Below, piece by piece: positions 1-9,706 of a stretch of 64,000 nt of DNA. Position 1 is the stretch's first letter. Each line of letters begins with the position of its first letter. Source of the stretch: an uncultured delta proteobacterium (lineage in GTDB: Bacteria > Myxococcota_A > Polyangia > Polyangiales > Polyangiaceae); NCBI GenBank assembly GCA_963841435.1, contig CAWJCS010000002.1:928001-992000 (forward strand), written 5' to 3'. Under the pieces are notes generated by a model. It had not been told where the DNA came from and searched no databases. It saw only the letters and a program-made list of their open reading frames with translations. The translations under genes and the position numbers were made by a program.

Positions 1-1187
1 GCGACGGGTTCTCCGCGCTCCACGGGCTCCCCGACGACGCGCAAAAGCTCGATGCCCGCGGCGTGGTCCACGGCGTCGTCGGCCCTGGTGCGGCCAGCGC
101 CTAGCGAAAGCGCCACCCAGGCGAGCTCGAGGGGATCGGCCGCGACGAGCACGCCCGCGCGCGGCGCGAGAATCGGCCGACGGTACCGCGCTCGCGGCAG
201 GCGCTCCGGGTGCTCGACGGCGCTCGTCCGTCCGCCGTGAGCCTTCACCATGCCGAGGAAGCGCTCGAAAGCCGAGCCGTCGGCAAGCGCGCGTTCGAGC
301 ACGCGCCGCGCCTCCCCGGCCGTCGTCGCGGGCCCTGCGAGCAGCAGCATTTCGACGCCGAGCCTCAGCGTGAGCTCGCGCGCGTCCGCGGGGCCGCCGC
401 CGTGCAAGAGCTCGATGGCCTCGCGCGTCTCCAGCGCGTTGCCAATCGTGCGCCCGAGGGGCACGTTCATGTCGGTGAGCAGCGCGACGCAGGGTCGTCC
501 GGCACGCGTCGCCCCGCCGACGAGAGCGCGCGCGAGCGCACGCGCCTGCTTCTCGTCCTTCATGAACGCCCCGCGCCCCACCTTGACGTCGAGCACGAGC
601 CCGTCGCTGCCGACGGCGAGCTTCTTCGACAGAATGCTGGCGACGATGAGGGGAATCGATTCGACCGTTCCCGTGACGTCGCGCAGCGCGTAGAGCCGGC
701 GGTCGGCAGGTGCGATTTGCGGCGTCTGGCCGATGATCGAGGCGCCCACTTGGCGCACGACCCGCTCGAAGGCGGCCGCCCCGAGGTCCACGCGGTAGCC
801 GGGAATGGCCTCGAGCTTGTCGAGCGTCCCGCCCGTGTGCCCGAGGCCGCGCCCGGCGATCATGGGGGAGGCGACGCCGCACGCGGCGACGAGCGGCGCG
901 AGACAGAGGCTCAGCTTGTCGCCCACGCCACCCGTCGAATGCTTGTCGATCTTGGGGACCTTCACGGAGCGGAGCGGCAGCCCGCGCCCGGACTTCAGCA
1001 TCGCCTGCGTGAGCGCGTGGGTCTCGTCCTCGTCGAGGCCGCGGAGCAGCGCCGCCATGAGCCAGGCGCTCATCTGGTAGTCCGCGACCGCCCCGTCGAG
1101 GTACCCCCGGACGAGCTCGCCAATCTCGCGTGCCTCGAGCCGCCCGCCGTCCCTCTTTCGGATGATCCACTCGACGGGGCTCGGCAC
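1..1187 (-). CDS. deoA: Thymidine / pyrimidine-nucleoside phosphorylase (3' end runs off the window; absent from ORF track)
   Basis: Manual minus-strand translation gives PVEWIIRKRDGGRLE, DKHSTGGVGDKLSLCLAP and PMIAGRGLGHTGGTLDKLEAIPGY, the family signature motifs; probable GTG start at 1187. Confidence 0.92.
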   Translation of the reverse strand, partial: MPSPVEWIIRKRDGGRLEAREIGELVRGYLDGAVADYQMSAWLMAALLRGLDEDETHALTQAMLKSGRGLPLRSVKVPKIDKHSTGGVGDKLSLCLAPLVAACGVASPMIAGRGLGHTGGTLDKLEAIPGYRVDLGAAAFERVVRQVGASIIGQTPQIAPADRRLYALRDVTGTVESIPLIVASILSKKLAVGSDGLVLDVKVGRGAFMKDEKQARALARALVGGATRAGRPCVALLTDMNVPLGRTIGNALETREAIELLHGGGPADARELTLRLGVEMLLLAGPATTAGEARRVLERALADGSAFERFLGMVKAHGGRTSAVEHPERLPRARYRRPILAPRAGVLVAADPLELAWVALSLGAGRTRADDAVDHAAGIELLRVVGEPVERGEPV

Positions 1188-1231
1188 GGCCGTCGAGCCT
1201 ATCAGGCCGGTCGAGGCCGAACGAGGGTGGC

Positions 1232-1264
1232 CTCACGTGGCGGTCGGCCGCCATCTCACGTAGC
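1232..1264. promoter_or_regulatory. Candidate operator in divergent spacer
   Basis: CTCACGTGGC (1232-1241) and CTCACGTAGC (1255-1264) direct repeats around the inverted repeat TGGCGG-TCGG-CCGCCA (1238-1253). Confidence 0.3.
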
Positions 1265-1274
1265 CTGCGCCGTC

Positions 1275-2330
1275 GTGGAACGAAAGCCACGCGGCCGGCC
1301 TGCCGGCAGGTTCACCCAGCACCGCCGCCTCGATCGGCTGCGCGAGATCCTCGGGCGTCACCCCAAGGGCCTCTCGCTCTACGAGCTCGCCGATGCGCTC
1401 GGCGTCACCGTGCGCACGATGCGCCGCTACATGGTGGAGATGGAGCGCGAGTTCGATCTCGAAAGCGCTCCGGTCAAGCCCGGCGGGCAGCTGCTCTGGC
1501 GGCTTCGCTCGAACGAGATCCCGCGCAAGCTCGAGCTCCGGCGCACGCAGGCCTACGCGCTGCTCGCCGCGCAGCGCGTGTTCGAGCCCATGCGCGGCTC
1601 CGCGCTCTTCGAGGAGATCGACATGGCGATCAGCAAGCTGCTCGCGGTCGCTCAGCGCCCCGGCCGAGGCCCGAACGCGGGGCTCGCCGACGCCCGGCTC
1701 GAGCAGCGCTTCATGTACCTGCCGCACGCGCCCAAGAACTACGCGCAGAAGACCGAGGAGCTCGACGACCTCTTCCAGGCCGTCTCCGATCTTCGCCCCC
1801 TCTCCCTGCTCTACAAGAGCGCGGCTCGATCCGAGGAAGAGCGCATCATGGTGCACCCCTATGCGCTCGTCCTCCACCGCGATTCCATCTACTTCGTCGG
1901 GTACCACGTGGGGCGCGGGGAAATTCGCACGTTCGTGCTCGATCGCATGCGGGACACGCAATGCGCCGTCACGGAGCGCTTCGAGCTTCCCCAAGACTTC
2001 GACGTCACCGAGTACTTCCAGGGCGAGTTCGGGATCTGGCGCGACACGACGCCCCACAAGGTCGTCGTCGAGTTCGACGCGCAGGCGGCCGACTACGTCC
2101 GCATGCGCACCGTGCACGCCTCGCAAAAGCTCCAGAGCATCGCGGGGGGCGGCCTCCGGCTCACGATGACCGTCGGCAATCTCACGCCCGTCGTGAGCTG
2201 GGTGCTCGAGTGGGGCCGGCGTGCCCGTGCCGTCGAGCCGCCGGAGCTCGTCGAGCGGGTCCAGGCCGAGCTCGAGGGGGCCCTCGCGACGTACCGGGAG
2301 CGCGGCGCCGCGAAGAAGGCCGCACGCTAG
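1275..2330 (+). CDS. HTH-WYL-WCX transcriptional regulator (PafB/DriD-like)
   Basis: C-terminal part of ORF 210..2330: HTH LSLYELADALGVTVRTMRRY, WYL VHPYALVLHRDSIYFVGY...RTFVLDRM, WCX WVLEWGRRARAVEPPEL; upstream part of the ORF is antisense to deoA. Confidence 0.9.
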   Translation: MERKPRGRPAGRFTQHRRLDRLREILGRHPKGLSLYELADALGVTVRTMRRYMVEMEREFDLESAPVKPGGQLLWRLRSNEIPRKLELRRTQAYALLAAQRVFEPMRGSALFEEIDMAISKLLAVAQRPGRGPNAGLADARLEQRFMYLPHAPKNYAQKTEELDDLFQAVSDLRPLSLLYKSAARSEEERIMVHPYALVLHRDSIYFVGYHVGRGEIRTFVLDRMRDTQCAVTERFELPQDFDVTEYFQGEFGIWRDTTPHKVVVEFDAQAADYVRMRTVHASQKLQSIAGGGLRLTMTVGNLTPVVSWVLEWGRRARAVEPPELVERVQAELEGALATYRERGAAKKAAR

Positions 2331-2376
2331 TCTCGAATTGGGCGCTCTCGGAAGAACGGATCGCGACGGCGCGGCG

Positions 2377-3009
2377 TCAGCGGGCGGCGCGGTTGGTGCG
2401 GTATTCCGAAAGGACGCGCTTTACGTATTCGGTCGTCTCCGGGAACGGCGGGATGCCGCCGTGACGAATCACCGCGTTTTCGCCCGCGTTGTAGGCCGCG
2501 ATCGTGAGCTGGAGGTCGCCGTTGAAGAGGTTCGCGAGCACCCGCAGGTAGCGCACGCCGCCGAAGATGTTTTGCCGCGGGTCGAAGATGTCCGTCACCA
2601 TCATGCGCTCGGCCGTTTCGGGGATGAGCTGCATGAGACCGCGCGCATTGGCCGGGGACACGGCGCGTGGATCGAAGTCGCTCTCCACGCGGATGACGGC
2701 GCGAATGAGCTCCTCCGGGATCTGATAGAGGATCGCGGCCTGGCGGATGTGGTCATCGTAGCGGGAGAAGCGAGCGGCGGACCCGTCGGCGGGCATGCGC
2801 GCCTTGGACGCGGTGTCGGTGCGCACCACGAGGCTTGCGCCCTTCTTCGGAGTGTTGGTGAAGCTGATGACGCCGTCGGGCCCCACCGTCTTGAAGATAT
2901 CGGCCTGGCTCTGCCCCGAAAGGGTGAGCGCGCCGAGCGCCAGCGTGAGGGCGGCACCGGCACCCCCGCGTCGGCGGGCGGAGCGCGAGGCGGCGTTGCG
3001 GCAGAGCAT
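2377..3009 (-). CDS. Secreted lytic transglycosylase (DUF4124-like N-terminus + SLT domain)
   Basis: Signal-like segment, DIFKTVGPDGVISFTNTP, catalytic IRVESDFDPRAVS, GLMQL and AAYNAG motifs. Confidence 0.9.
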   Translation of the reverse strand: MLCRNAASRSARRRGGAGAALTLALGALTLSGQSQADIFKTVGPDGVISFTNTPKKGASLVVRTDTASKARMPADGSAARFSRYDDHIRQAAILYQIPEELIRAVIRVESDFDPRAVSPANARGLMQLIPETAERMMVTDIFDPRQNIFGGVRYLRVLANLFNGDLQLTIAAYNAGENAVIRHGGIPPFPETTEYVKRVLSEYRTNRAAR

Positions 3010-3184
3010 GGGAATCTCGATCTTAGCCGGGGGCGCCTCGCGGCGACCAACAAATCCGGCCGATTCCAGTAACGCCGGAAGGTCCCGACGCATTCCGGCG
3101 GCGCTTTCGGGGCGGCTCGAGGGCGTGGTCTCGGGTGGTCGCAAGCCCCCGGGGTACCGCTCGCTCCCGCCGCTTCGGCCTGGG

Positions 3185-5146
3185 TCAGTCTTCCGTGAGG
3201 TAGGTGTAGCTCCGGAGCGAGTCTTCGTAGTGCTGCATGAGCGTGCGCATCTGCTCGTTGGTGATGCGCCCTTCGCTCACCGCGCGCTCGGCCTGACGAC
3301 GCACGCCGTCGACCATCTGTTCGGGCTGGTACTCGACGTAGCGGAGCACGTCCGACACGCTGTCGCCCTTGATGACGTGGCTGATCTGATAGCCCGTGTC
3401 GGTGAGCTCTACGTGTACGGCGTTCGTGTCGCCGAAGAGGTTGTGTAGATCACCGAGGATTTCCTGGTAGGCGCCGTTCAGGAACATACCGAGGAAGTAA
3501 TGCTCGCCCTCGCGCAGGGCGTGCACGTCGAGCGTGCTCTTCACGTCTTCAACGTCGATGAAGTGATCGATCATGCCGTCGCTGTCACAGGTGAGGTCGG
3601 CGAGCGTTGCCGCGACGGTCGGCTCCTCGTCGAGCCGGTGAATCGGCATGATCGGGAAGAGGTGGTCGATGGCCCAGATGTCGGGCGCCGACTGGAAGAG
3701 CGAGAAGTTGCAGTAGTAGATCGCGCTCAGGTTCTTCTCGAGGTGCTGAAGCTCCTCGGGAATGAACTTCAGGCGCCGGAGGGTGTGCTGGATCTTCTCG
3801 CAGCAGTTCCAGAAGAGCCGCTCCACCTGCGCGCGCTCGCGGAGCGTGAGGTAGCCGTACTTGAAGAGGCTCTGTGCCTCCTCCTTGGCCTGGCTCGCGT
3901 CGTGGTAGCTCTCCTGAACGTTCTTCGGCTGGATGCCGCGGTACGTGTCGTAGAGCTCGCGGAGCAGGCGGTGCGCGTCGGGGCGCGGCTCATGCGGCTC
4001 GCCGAAGCGCATCTGGCTGCGACCGACCACCTCGAGCACGAGCACGGAGTGATGCGCGGCGATGGCACGCCCGCTCTCGCTGACGATCGTCGGGACGGGC
4101 AGGCTCGACTTCTGGCACGCCGCCTGAATGTGCGAGACCACGTCGGCCGCGTACTCGTCGAGCTGGTAGTTCTTGGAGGCGTGAAAATCGGTCTTCGAGC
4201 CGTCGTAATCGACGGCGAGGCCGCCGCCGACGTCGAGGTACCCCATCTTGCAGCCCATCTTGCCGAGCTCGACGTAGATGTTCGACGCCTCCTGCATGGC
4301 GTTCTTGATCGGGATGATGCTCGAGATCTGGCTGCCAATGTGAAAATGCAGGAGCTGGAGCGAGTCGAGCATGCCGCGGTCGGCGAGCCTGTCGACGACC
4401 TCCACGATCTCGGAGGTGGTGAGGCCGAACTTCGCGCGATCGCCCGCCGAATCCGCCCAGCGGCCCACGCCGCGCGTCGTGAGCTTCGCGCGCACGCCGA
4501 GGATCGGCCGGATGCCGACCTTCTCCGAGGCACGGAGCACGATTTCGAGCTCCTCGAGGCGCTCGAGCACGACGATCACGGTCTTGTCGAACTTCTGCGC
4601 GACGAGCGCCGTCTCGATGTACTTCTGATCCTTGTAGCCGTTGCAGATGATGAGACCGCCGACGTCCTGCATCGCGGAGAGGGCAATCAAGAGCTCGGGC
4701 TTGCTACCCGCCTCGAGACCGAAGCTCCAGCTTCTGCCGTAGCGCACGATTTCTTCCACGAGGTGGCGCTGCTGGTTCACCTTCACGGGGTACACGCCGC
4801 GGTAGATGCCCGGGTACTCGTATTCGGCGATGGCTTTCGCGAAGGCCTCGTTGAGGCGACGGATGCGATCGCCAACGATGTCCGAGAAGCGAATCAGGAG
4901 CGGCAGCTCGAGCCCGCGTGCGCGAAGCTCCAGCGTGAGGTCGTGCAGGTTGATGGCCTGCGCGCGATCGGGGTTCGGCGTGACCTCGACCTGTCCACGC
5001 GCGTTGACCTGGAAGTACGGTGCGCCCCAACCCGTGATCTGGTAGCGCTGCGCGCTCCGCTCGGGTGACCAGGGCGCGGTTTCGTCGGGCGCGCCCGTCG
5101 GGGAACGACGAACGACATCGAGTGCAGCATCCATGGCGGAGGCCAT
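3185..5146 (-). CDS. speA: Biosynthetic arginine decarboxylase
   Basis: YPVKVNQ (PLP lysine), GLEAGSKPEL, HFHIGSQI, DVGGGL, TCDSDG, GAYQEILGDLHNLFG. Confidence 0.95.
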   Translation of the reverse strand: MASAMDAALDVVRRSPTGAPDETAPWSPERSAQRYQITGWGAPYFQVNARGQVEVTPNPDRAQAINLHDLTLELRARGLELPLLIRFSDIVGDRIRRLNEAFAKAIAEYEYPGIYRGVYPVKVNQQRHLVEEIVRYGRSWSFGLEAGSKPELLIALSAMQDVGGLIICNGYKDQKYIETALVAQKFDKTVIVVLERLEELEIVLRASEKVGIRPILGVRAKLTTRGVGRWADSAGDRAKFGLTTSEIVEVVDRLADRGMLDSLQLLHFHIGSQISSIIPIKNAMQEASNIYVELGKMGCKMGYLDVGGGLAVDYDGSKTDFHASKNYQLDEYAADVVSHIQAACQKSSLPVPTIVSESGRAIAAHHSVLVLEVVGRSQMRFGEPHEPRPDAHRLLRELYDTYRGIQPKNVQESYHDASQAKEEAQSLFKYGYLTLRERAQVERLFWNCCEKIQHTLRRLKFIPEELQHLEKNLSAIYYCNFSLFQSAPDIWAIDHLFPIMPIHRLDEEPTVAATLADLTCDSDGMIDHFIDVEDVKSTLDVHALREGEHYFLGMFLNGAYQEILGDLHNLFGDTNAVHVELTDTGYQISHVIKGDSVSDVLRYVEYQPEQMVDGVRRQAERAVSEGRITNEQMRTLMQHYEDSLRSYTYLTED

Positions 5147-5376
5147 TAGTTTGCCACCGTGAATCGTCAAGGAATGTCTCGCGTCATGGACCGTGAGCGC
5201 GGTGCAAGCAAGCACCGGGCCCGCACAGGCTTGGCCGGACTATACCGGATCTTTTCCGAACTGCGACATCAACGTCATCGGCGCGCCCTGCCGGTGCCTC
5301 GCGACTCGGCGCGCCACGCCCCATGCCCGTGCCCGGCACCCATGCAGAGCGCCCTGCCCGGCGCCGCCGCCACTCT

Positions 5377-6333
5377 TCAGCCGCCCGTGAAGAAGACGGT
5401 GGGCAGGGCGTCGCGGCGAAACAGGGCGAGGAAGTCCATCGAGAACGCGACGGTGATGTGCACGAGAAAGCCCGCATAAATGCTGCGGGTTCTGAGCGCG
5501 AGCGACCCGAGCACGATGCCCGCGACGATCGCTCCGTTGGTCTCGAGGTACGGCTTGCCGTAGTGGATCATGCAGTAGGGCACCGCCATCGCGAAGACGG
5601 CGGCCGACCCCATGGTCCGGCGCAACGCTCCGAGCATCCACCCACGGAAGAACAGCTCGAGCGCCAGGAACTGGCAGCCGTACATCGCCTCCCAGGCAAG
5701 GTAGTCGGCCCAGCTCCGCGAGGCGCCCTTGTAGAAAGGGTAATAAGTGCCGAAGTCGGGCTGGCTGGCGACGAGCAGCATCGTGGGGAGCACGATGGCG
5801 AGGCAGAGGCCGTAGATCCAGAGATGGCTGAAAAAGCCTCTGCCCCTGAGGCCCATGTCGAGCAGGCTGTCCTTCGGAAAGAGGAGCTTCCAGAGCGGCA
5901 GCGGGATGAAGACGTAGCCGACCACGCGCGTCAGGGCCCACCAGGCGTAGCCGTAGAGCTCGTCGAAGCGGGCCGTCTGCAGCGTGGTGTTGCCCGCCGC
6001 CTCGAGCTCGCGAAACCAGGGCCGGATCAGGGCGTCATAGAGCTGCCGGCCGCCGTAATACTCCTGCAGGGTGAGCACGATGGCCGTGATGACGAGACAC
6101 GCCGCGGGCCGCAGGTCCTGCTCACCTGCGTGCGCGGCGCGCTCGGCCGCCGCCTCGGCGTCGACGTCGCGCCAAGTATCGCGAAAGAACCACCAGACCG
6201 CGGGGGCGAGCGCAGCGAGCACCGGGATCGGCAGGAGCGCCTTGACGGGCGGGTACGCGAGGATCCACTCGAAGTAGGACGGCTCGGCCAAGCGCGTCAG
6301 CGGCAGGCGGGGCACCGCGGGGAGGCCGAGCAT
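5377..6333 (-). CDS. CPBP (Abi/CAAX-type) intramembrane glutamic protease
   Basis: Multiple TM segments; LELFFRG, MIHYGKP and HITVAFSMD motifs. Confidence 0.85.
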   Translation of the reverse strand: MLGLPAVPRLPLTRLAEPSYFEWILAYPPVKALLPIPVLAALAPAVWWFFRDTWRDVDAEAAAERAAHAGEQDLRPAACLVITAIVLTLQEYYGGRQLYDALIRPWFRELEAAGNTTLQTARFDELYGYAWWALTRVVGYVFIPLPLWKLLFPKDSLLDMGLRGRGFFSHLWIYGLCLAIVLPTMLLVASQPDFGTYYPFYKGASRSWADYLAWEAMYGCQFLALELFFRGWMLGALRRTMGSAAVFAMAVPYCMIHYGKPYLETNGAIVAGIVLGSLALRTRSIYAGFLVHITVAFSMDFLALFRRDALPTVFFTGG

Positions 6334-6356
6334 GTCCGGGGGAGCCTACACGAGGG

Positions 6357-7790
6357 TCAGGCGGGCACGAGGCTCGGTGATCGCCGGAGTCGCGAAAGAG
6401 AGCGCTGCTTGCCGAGCACCGCCATGACCTCGAAGAGGGGAGGGCTGGCAGCGCGGCCCGTCAGCGCCACGCGTGCCGGCTGCGCCACGTCCTTCATGGC
6501 GCGGCCGCGAGCGTCGCAAAACTCGCGCACCCGGCTCTCCAGGCTCGTGGTGTCCCACGCGGGGGTGCCCTCGAGCGCCCCGGCGAGCTCCACGAGCAGG
6601 GCGGCGGCCGCAGCGTCGAGCAGCTTTTCGCGGGCCTTGTCGTCGAGCTCGGGGGGCTCGCGGAAGTAAAAGTCGAGGTCGAGGGCGGCATCTTTGAAGT
6701 TGCGGGCCCGCTCCCGGATGCCGGGGATGGCGGCGAGCAGGAGGTCGGGGTCGGGCTCGCCGATGCCGCGCTCGGCGAGAAACGGGCGGACGGCGGCGGC
6801 GTACTCGGCGAGTGGCGTGAGGTCGTCGCGCTTCAGGTGCTCGAACGCCACGTCGGCGAATTTCTTGTCGTCGAACTTGCCGTCGCTCTTGTTGACCCGA
6901 TCCCAGCCGAATAGCCGGATGAGCTCGTCGCGCCCGAAGATCTCCTGGTCGCCCGACGACCAGCCGAAACGGACGATGTAGTTGAGCACGCCCATCGGCG
7001 GGTAGCCGCGCGCCCGGTAGTCCTGGACGGAGACGTCGGCGTGGCGCTTGCTGAGCTTCTCGCCCTTGGGCGAAAGCATCATCGGCAGGTGCGCGAACTC
7101 GGGCGGCTGCCAGCCGAACGCCTGGTAGATGAGGAGCTGCTGCGGCGTATTGCCGATGTGGTCACGCGCGCGCGCCACGAGCGTGATGTCCATCAGATGG
7201 TCGTCGACGGTGGCGGCGAGGTTGTAGAGCGGGTAGCCGTCGGTGCGCACGAGCACGAAGTCCTGCTGTGCCCGATTGGGCGTGCTCACGGCGCCGAACA
7301 CCTTGTCGACGAAGTCGGTGCTGCCTTCGCGTGGCGTCTTGAAGCGCACCACGTGCGGCAGGTCGGGCTGGTCGGTGCGGTCGCGGCAGGTGCCGGGGTA
7401 CACGAACGCCGCCTTCGGGTTTCTCGCCTTGAGCGCCTCGCGCTGCCGGTCGAGCTCCTCTTTGGTGCAAAAACAGCGGTAGGCCTTGCCCTCGCCGATG
7501 AGCCGCTCGGTGTGCTCGCGGTAGAGGGCCTTGCGCTCACTCTGGAAGTAGGGGCCGTAGGAGCCTCCCACCTCGGGCCCCTCGTCCCAGTCGATGCCGA
7601 GCCAGCGGAAGGCGTCGAGGATGGCGCGCACGCTCTCGATGGAGCTTCGCTCCTGGTCGGTGTCCTCCACCCGCATCACGAACGTTCCGCCCTGGTTTTT
7701 GGCCCAGAGCCAGTTGAAAAGGGCGGTCCGGGCCCCGCCGATGTGGAGGTACCCGCTCGGGGAGGGGGCGAACCTGAGACGGGGTTTCAT
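6357..7790 (-). CDS. gltX: Glutamate--tRNA ligase
   Basis: RFAPSPSGYLHIGG (HIGH), KLSKR (KMSKS), CFC...YPGTCR. Confidence 0.96.
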   Translation of the reverse strand: MKPRLRFAPSPSGYLHIGGARTALFNWLWAKNQGGTFVMRVEDTDQERSSIESVRAILDAFRWLGIDWDEGPEVGGSYGPYFQSERKALYREHTERLIGEGKAYRCFCTKEELDRQREALKARNPKAAFVYPGTCRDRTDQPDLPHVVRFKTPREGSTDFVDKVFGAVSTPNRAQQDFVLVRTDGYPLYNLAATVDDHLMDITLVARARDHIGNTPQQLLIYQAFGWQPPEFAHLPMMLSPKGEKLSKRHADVSVQDYRARGYPPMGVLNYIVRFGWSSGDQEIFGRDELIRLFGWDRVNKSDGKFDDKKFADVAFEHLKRDDLTPLAEYAAAVRPFLAERGIGEPDPDLLLAAIPGIRERARNFKDAALDLDFYFREPPELDDKAREKLLDAAAAALLVELAGALEGTPAWDTTSLESRVREFCDARGRAMKDVAQPARVALTGRAASPPLFEVMAVLGKQRSLSRLRRSPSLVPA

Positions 7791-7894
7791 CGGGCCGCCC
7801 GCGTAGCACCGGCCGGGGGGACTGTCACTCCCCGGTTGCAAGGCCGGGGTGCGGCTGATAATAGCCCGCTCCCACCTGGGAAGGCGAAATCACC

Positions 7895-8326
7895 ATGGCC
7901 AAGGCGCCGCTCGTTTCCGTGAAAGAAAAGTTCGAGACCAAGGCGAAGCTCGTCGCCGCCGTCGAGAAGCTCGCAACTGGGGACCTCTGGGTCAACCGTG
8001 TCAGCGACGTAAAAGGCCTCGGCCGGGTTTCGAACGCCAAGCTCCTCAAGCTGCACTCGCTGCTCACCGACGCGAAGCAGCGTTTCGGCAGCCGCGACAA
8101 GCTCGTCGGCGCGATCCTCGAGCTCGACAAGCGACAGAAGGACAAGGACCTCGCGACCAAGCTCGGCCACTACCCGCTGCCGCAGCTGCTCGACCTCCAC
8201 CGCGCGCTCAGCAAGCGCCAGAAGGGCGCTCAGGCCACCGCCAAGCTGGCGGCCCCCAAGGCCGCGGCCGAGCCGGCTGCCGCGAAGAAGGCAACCGCCA
8301 AGAAGGCGCCCGAAAAGAAGGCCTGA
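7895..8326 (+). CDS. Small basic protein with internal duplication and Lys/Ala-rich tail
   Basis: GC-adapted codon usage; two FxxK/RxKLVxA...LLxLH units; AAAKKATAKKAPEKKA tail. Confidence 0.7.
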   Translation: MAKAPLVSVKEKFETKAKLVAAVEKLATGDLWVNRVSDVKGLGRVSNAKLLKLHSLLTDAKQRFGSRDKLVGAILELDKRQKDKDLATKLGHYPLPQLLDLHRALSKRQKGAQATAKLAAPKAAAEPAAAKKATAKKAPEKKA

Positions 8327-8362
8327 CGAAGCGATCTCGGATCGTGCTCGGCGGGCCGCCGC

Positions 8363-8875
8363 TCAGCGCAGGCCCTTTTCGGCGACGAAGCGGTTCGTGA
8401 ATTCCGCGCCCTTGTCGTACGAACGCTTGAGATCCTGCACCATGCGCTGCTCGAGCAGGCCCCCCACGGCGAAGATGCGCGCGGTGACCGAGCCTTCCAC
8501 GACCAGCCGGCATTTTCCGTCAGCAGCGGGCGCGGTGCTCATCGTGATCTCGACGCGCACCTTGTCGCCCATGCGGTTCGGCGACGCCTGGGCCTCGTAG
8601 CGGCGCCCGCCGTTGGTGAGCAAGCCGCGCTCCTCGTAGGCGATGCCCTCGCCAATCACGGCCTTCAGAGCGCCAGGCACGTCGCCGATGCGCGGGGTGG
8701 CCTTCACCACGCGGCGCAGCTTGTCTCCCTCCTGCTTGCGTTCCGTCTCCCGCCACTCGGTGAAGTGGAGCTCGTCGAAGAAAAGGCGGCGGTTGTACTC
8801 GTCGTCGAGGAAGACCTTTTCCCAGTAGGTCTCCTCCGAGCACTCGAGCAAATTGTCAGTGCGAAAGCCGGGCAT
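8363..8875 (-). CDS. DUF2505 / START-like fold protein
   Basis: CSEETYWEKVFLDDEYNRRL at the N-terminus, VTARIFAVGGLLEQRMVQDL at the C-terminus. Confidence 0.65.
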   Translation of the reverse strand: MPGFRTDNLLECSEETYWEKVFLDDEYNRRLFFDELHFTEWRETERKQEGDKLRRVVKATPRIGDVPGALKAVIGEGIAYEERGLLTNGGRRYEAQASPNRMGDKVRVEITMSTAPAADGKCRLVVEGSVTARIFAVGGLLEQRMVQDLKRSYDKGAEFTNRFVAEKGLR

Positions 8876-8965
8876 GAGGGTCGAGGGCCGGACTTTAGCA
8901 TCACTTTTGCCGCTCCTTCGGGTCAGTTTCTTCGATTCCAGGGGGCCTGGGCTAGCATCGCCGCC

Positions 8966-9700
8966 ATGACCAGCGCAGGAGCGCACGGCGAGCACCGGCC
9001 GGATCCCCCCGTCCGGCGCCCCCTTGGGTGGGGCGCTCAGGCGGCCCTCGTGCTCAAGAAGGACCTCGCCGTCGAGGCGCGCACGGGTCAGGTCGTCGTG
9101 ACGAGCGGCTACTTCGCCCTGCTCCTCGTCGTGCTCGCCTCGCTCTCGCTGTTCGGGGGCCCGAGCTCGGCGCGGCTCGTCGCGTCGGGCGTCATCTGGC
9201 TCTCGATCACGTTTGCGGCCGTGCTCGCGCTCGGCAGGGCCTTCCAGCGTGAGCGCGAGGAGTCGGCGCTCGACGGCCTACTCGTGGCGCCGCTTTCGCG
9301 CAGCGCCCTGTTCGCCGGTAAGGCGCTCGGCGTGCTCGGCTTCCTGTTCGCGATCGCGCTCGTGGTCATCCCCCTCGCGGCGCTCCTGTTCTCGCTCGAC
9401 CTCGAGCGCTACGGCGTCGGGCTCGCGTGCATCGCCCTGTTCGCGCTACCCGGCGTCGCGGCGTCGGGCACACTGTTCGGCGCCATGACGGTGCGCACGG
9501 GCGCGCGCGATCTCCTGCTCGCCGTCGTGCTGTTCCCGTTGATTTCGCCGACGCTGCTCGCCGCCGTCGCCGGTACTCGCGAGCTGTTCGGCGGCGCGAC
9601 ACTCGCCGAGCTCGGCGACTACTTCCGCCTCATGGCGGTGTTCGACGCCGTGTTCATTGCGGGCGGCCTGGCGTTGTTCGGGACGCTCGTCGAAGGGTAG
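8966..9700 (+). CDS. ccmB: Heme exporter membrane subunit
   Basis: KKDLAVEAR, FQREREESALDGLLVAP, LLLAVVLFPL; six TM segments. Confidence 0.88.
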   Translation: MTSAGAHGEHRPDPPVRRPLGWGAQAALVLKKDLAVEARTGQVVVTSGYFALLLVVLASLSLFGGPSSARLVASGVIWLSITFAAVLALGRAFQREREESALDGLLVAPLSRSALFAGKALGVLGFLFAIALVVIPLAALLFSLDLERYGVGLACIALFALPGVAASGTLFGAMTVRTGARDLLLAVVLFPLISPTLLAAVAGTRELFGGATLAELGDYFRLMAVFDAVFIAGGLALFGTLVEG

Positions 9701-9706
9701 GCGGCG

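Noticed and set aside
210-1274. 706-aa ORF as a novel N-terminal fusion to the WYL protein
   Set aside because: This part is the antisense shadow of thymidine phosphorylase; the real protein starts near 1275
1275-3009. Anti-phage defence island or prophage around WYL and lytic transglycosylase
   Set aside because: Neighbours are housekeeping genes; no nuclease, ATPase, structural or integrase genes
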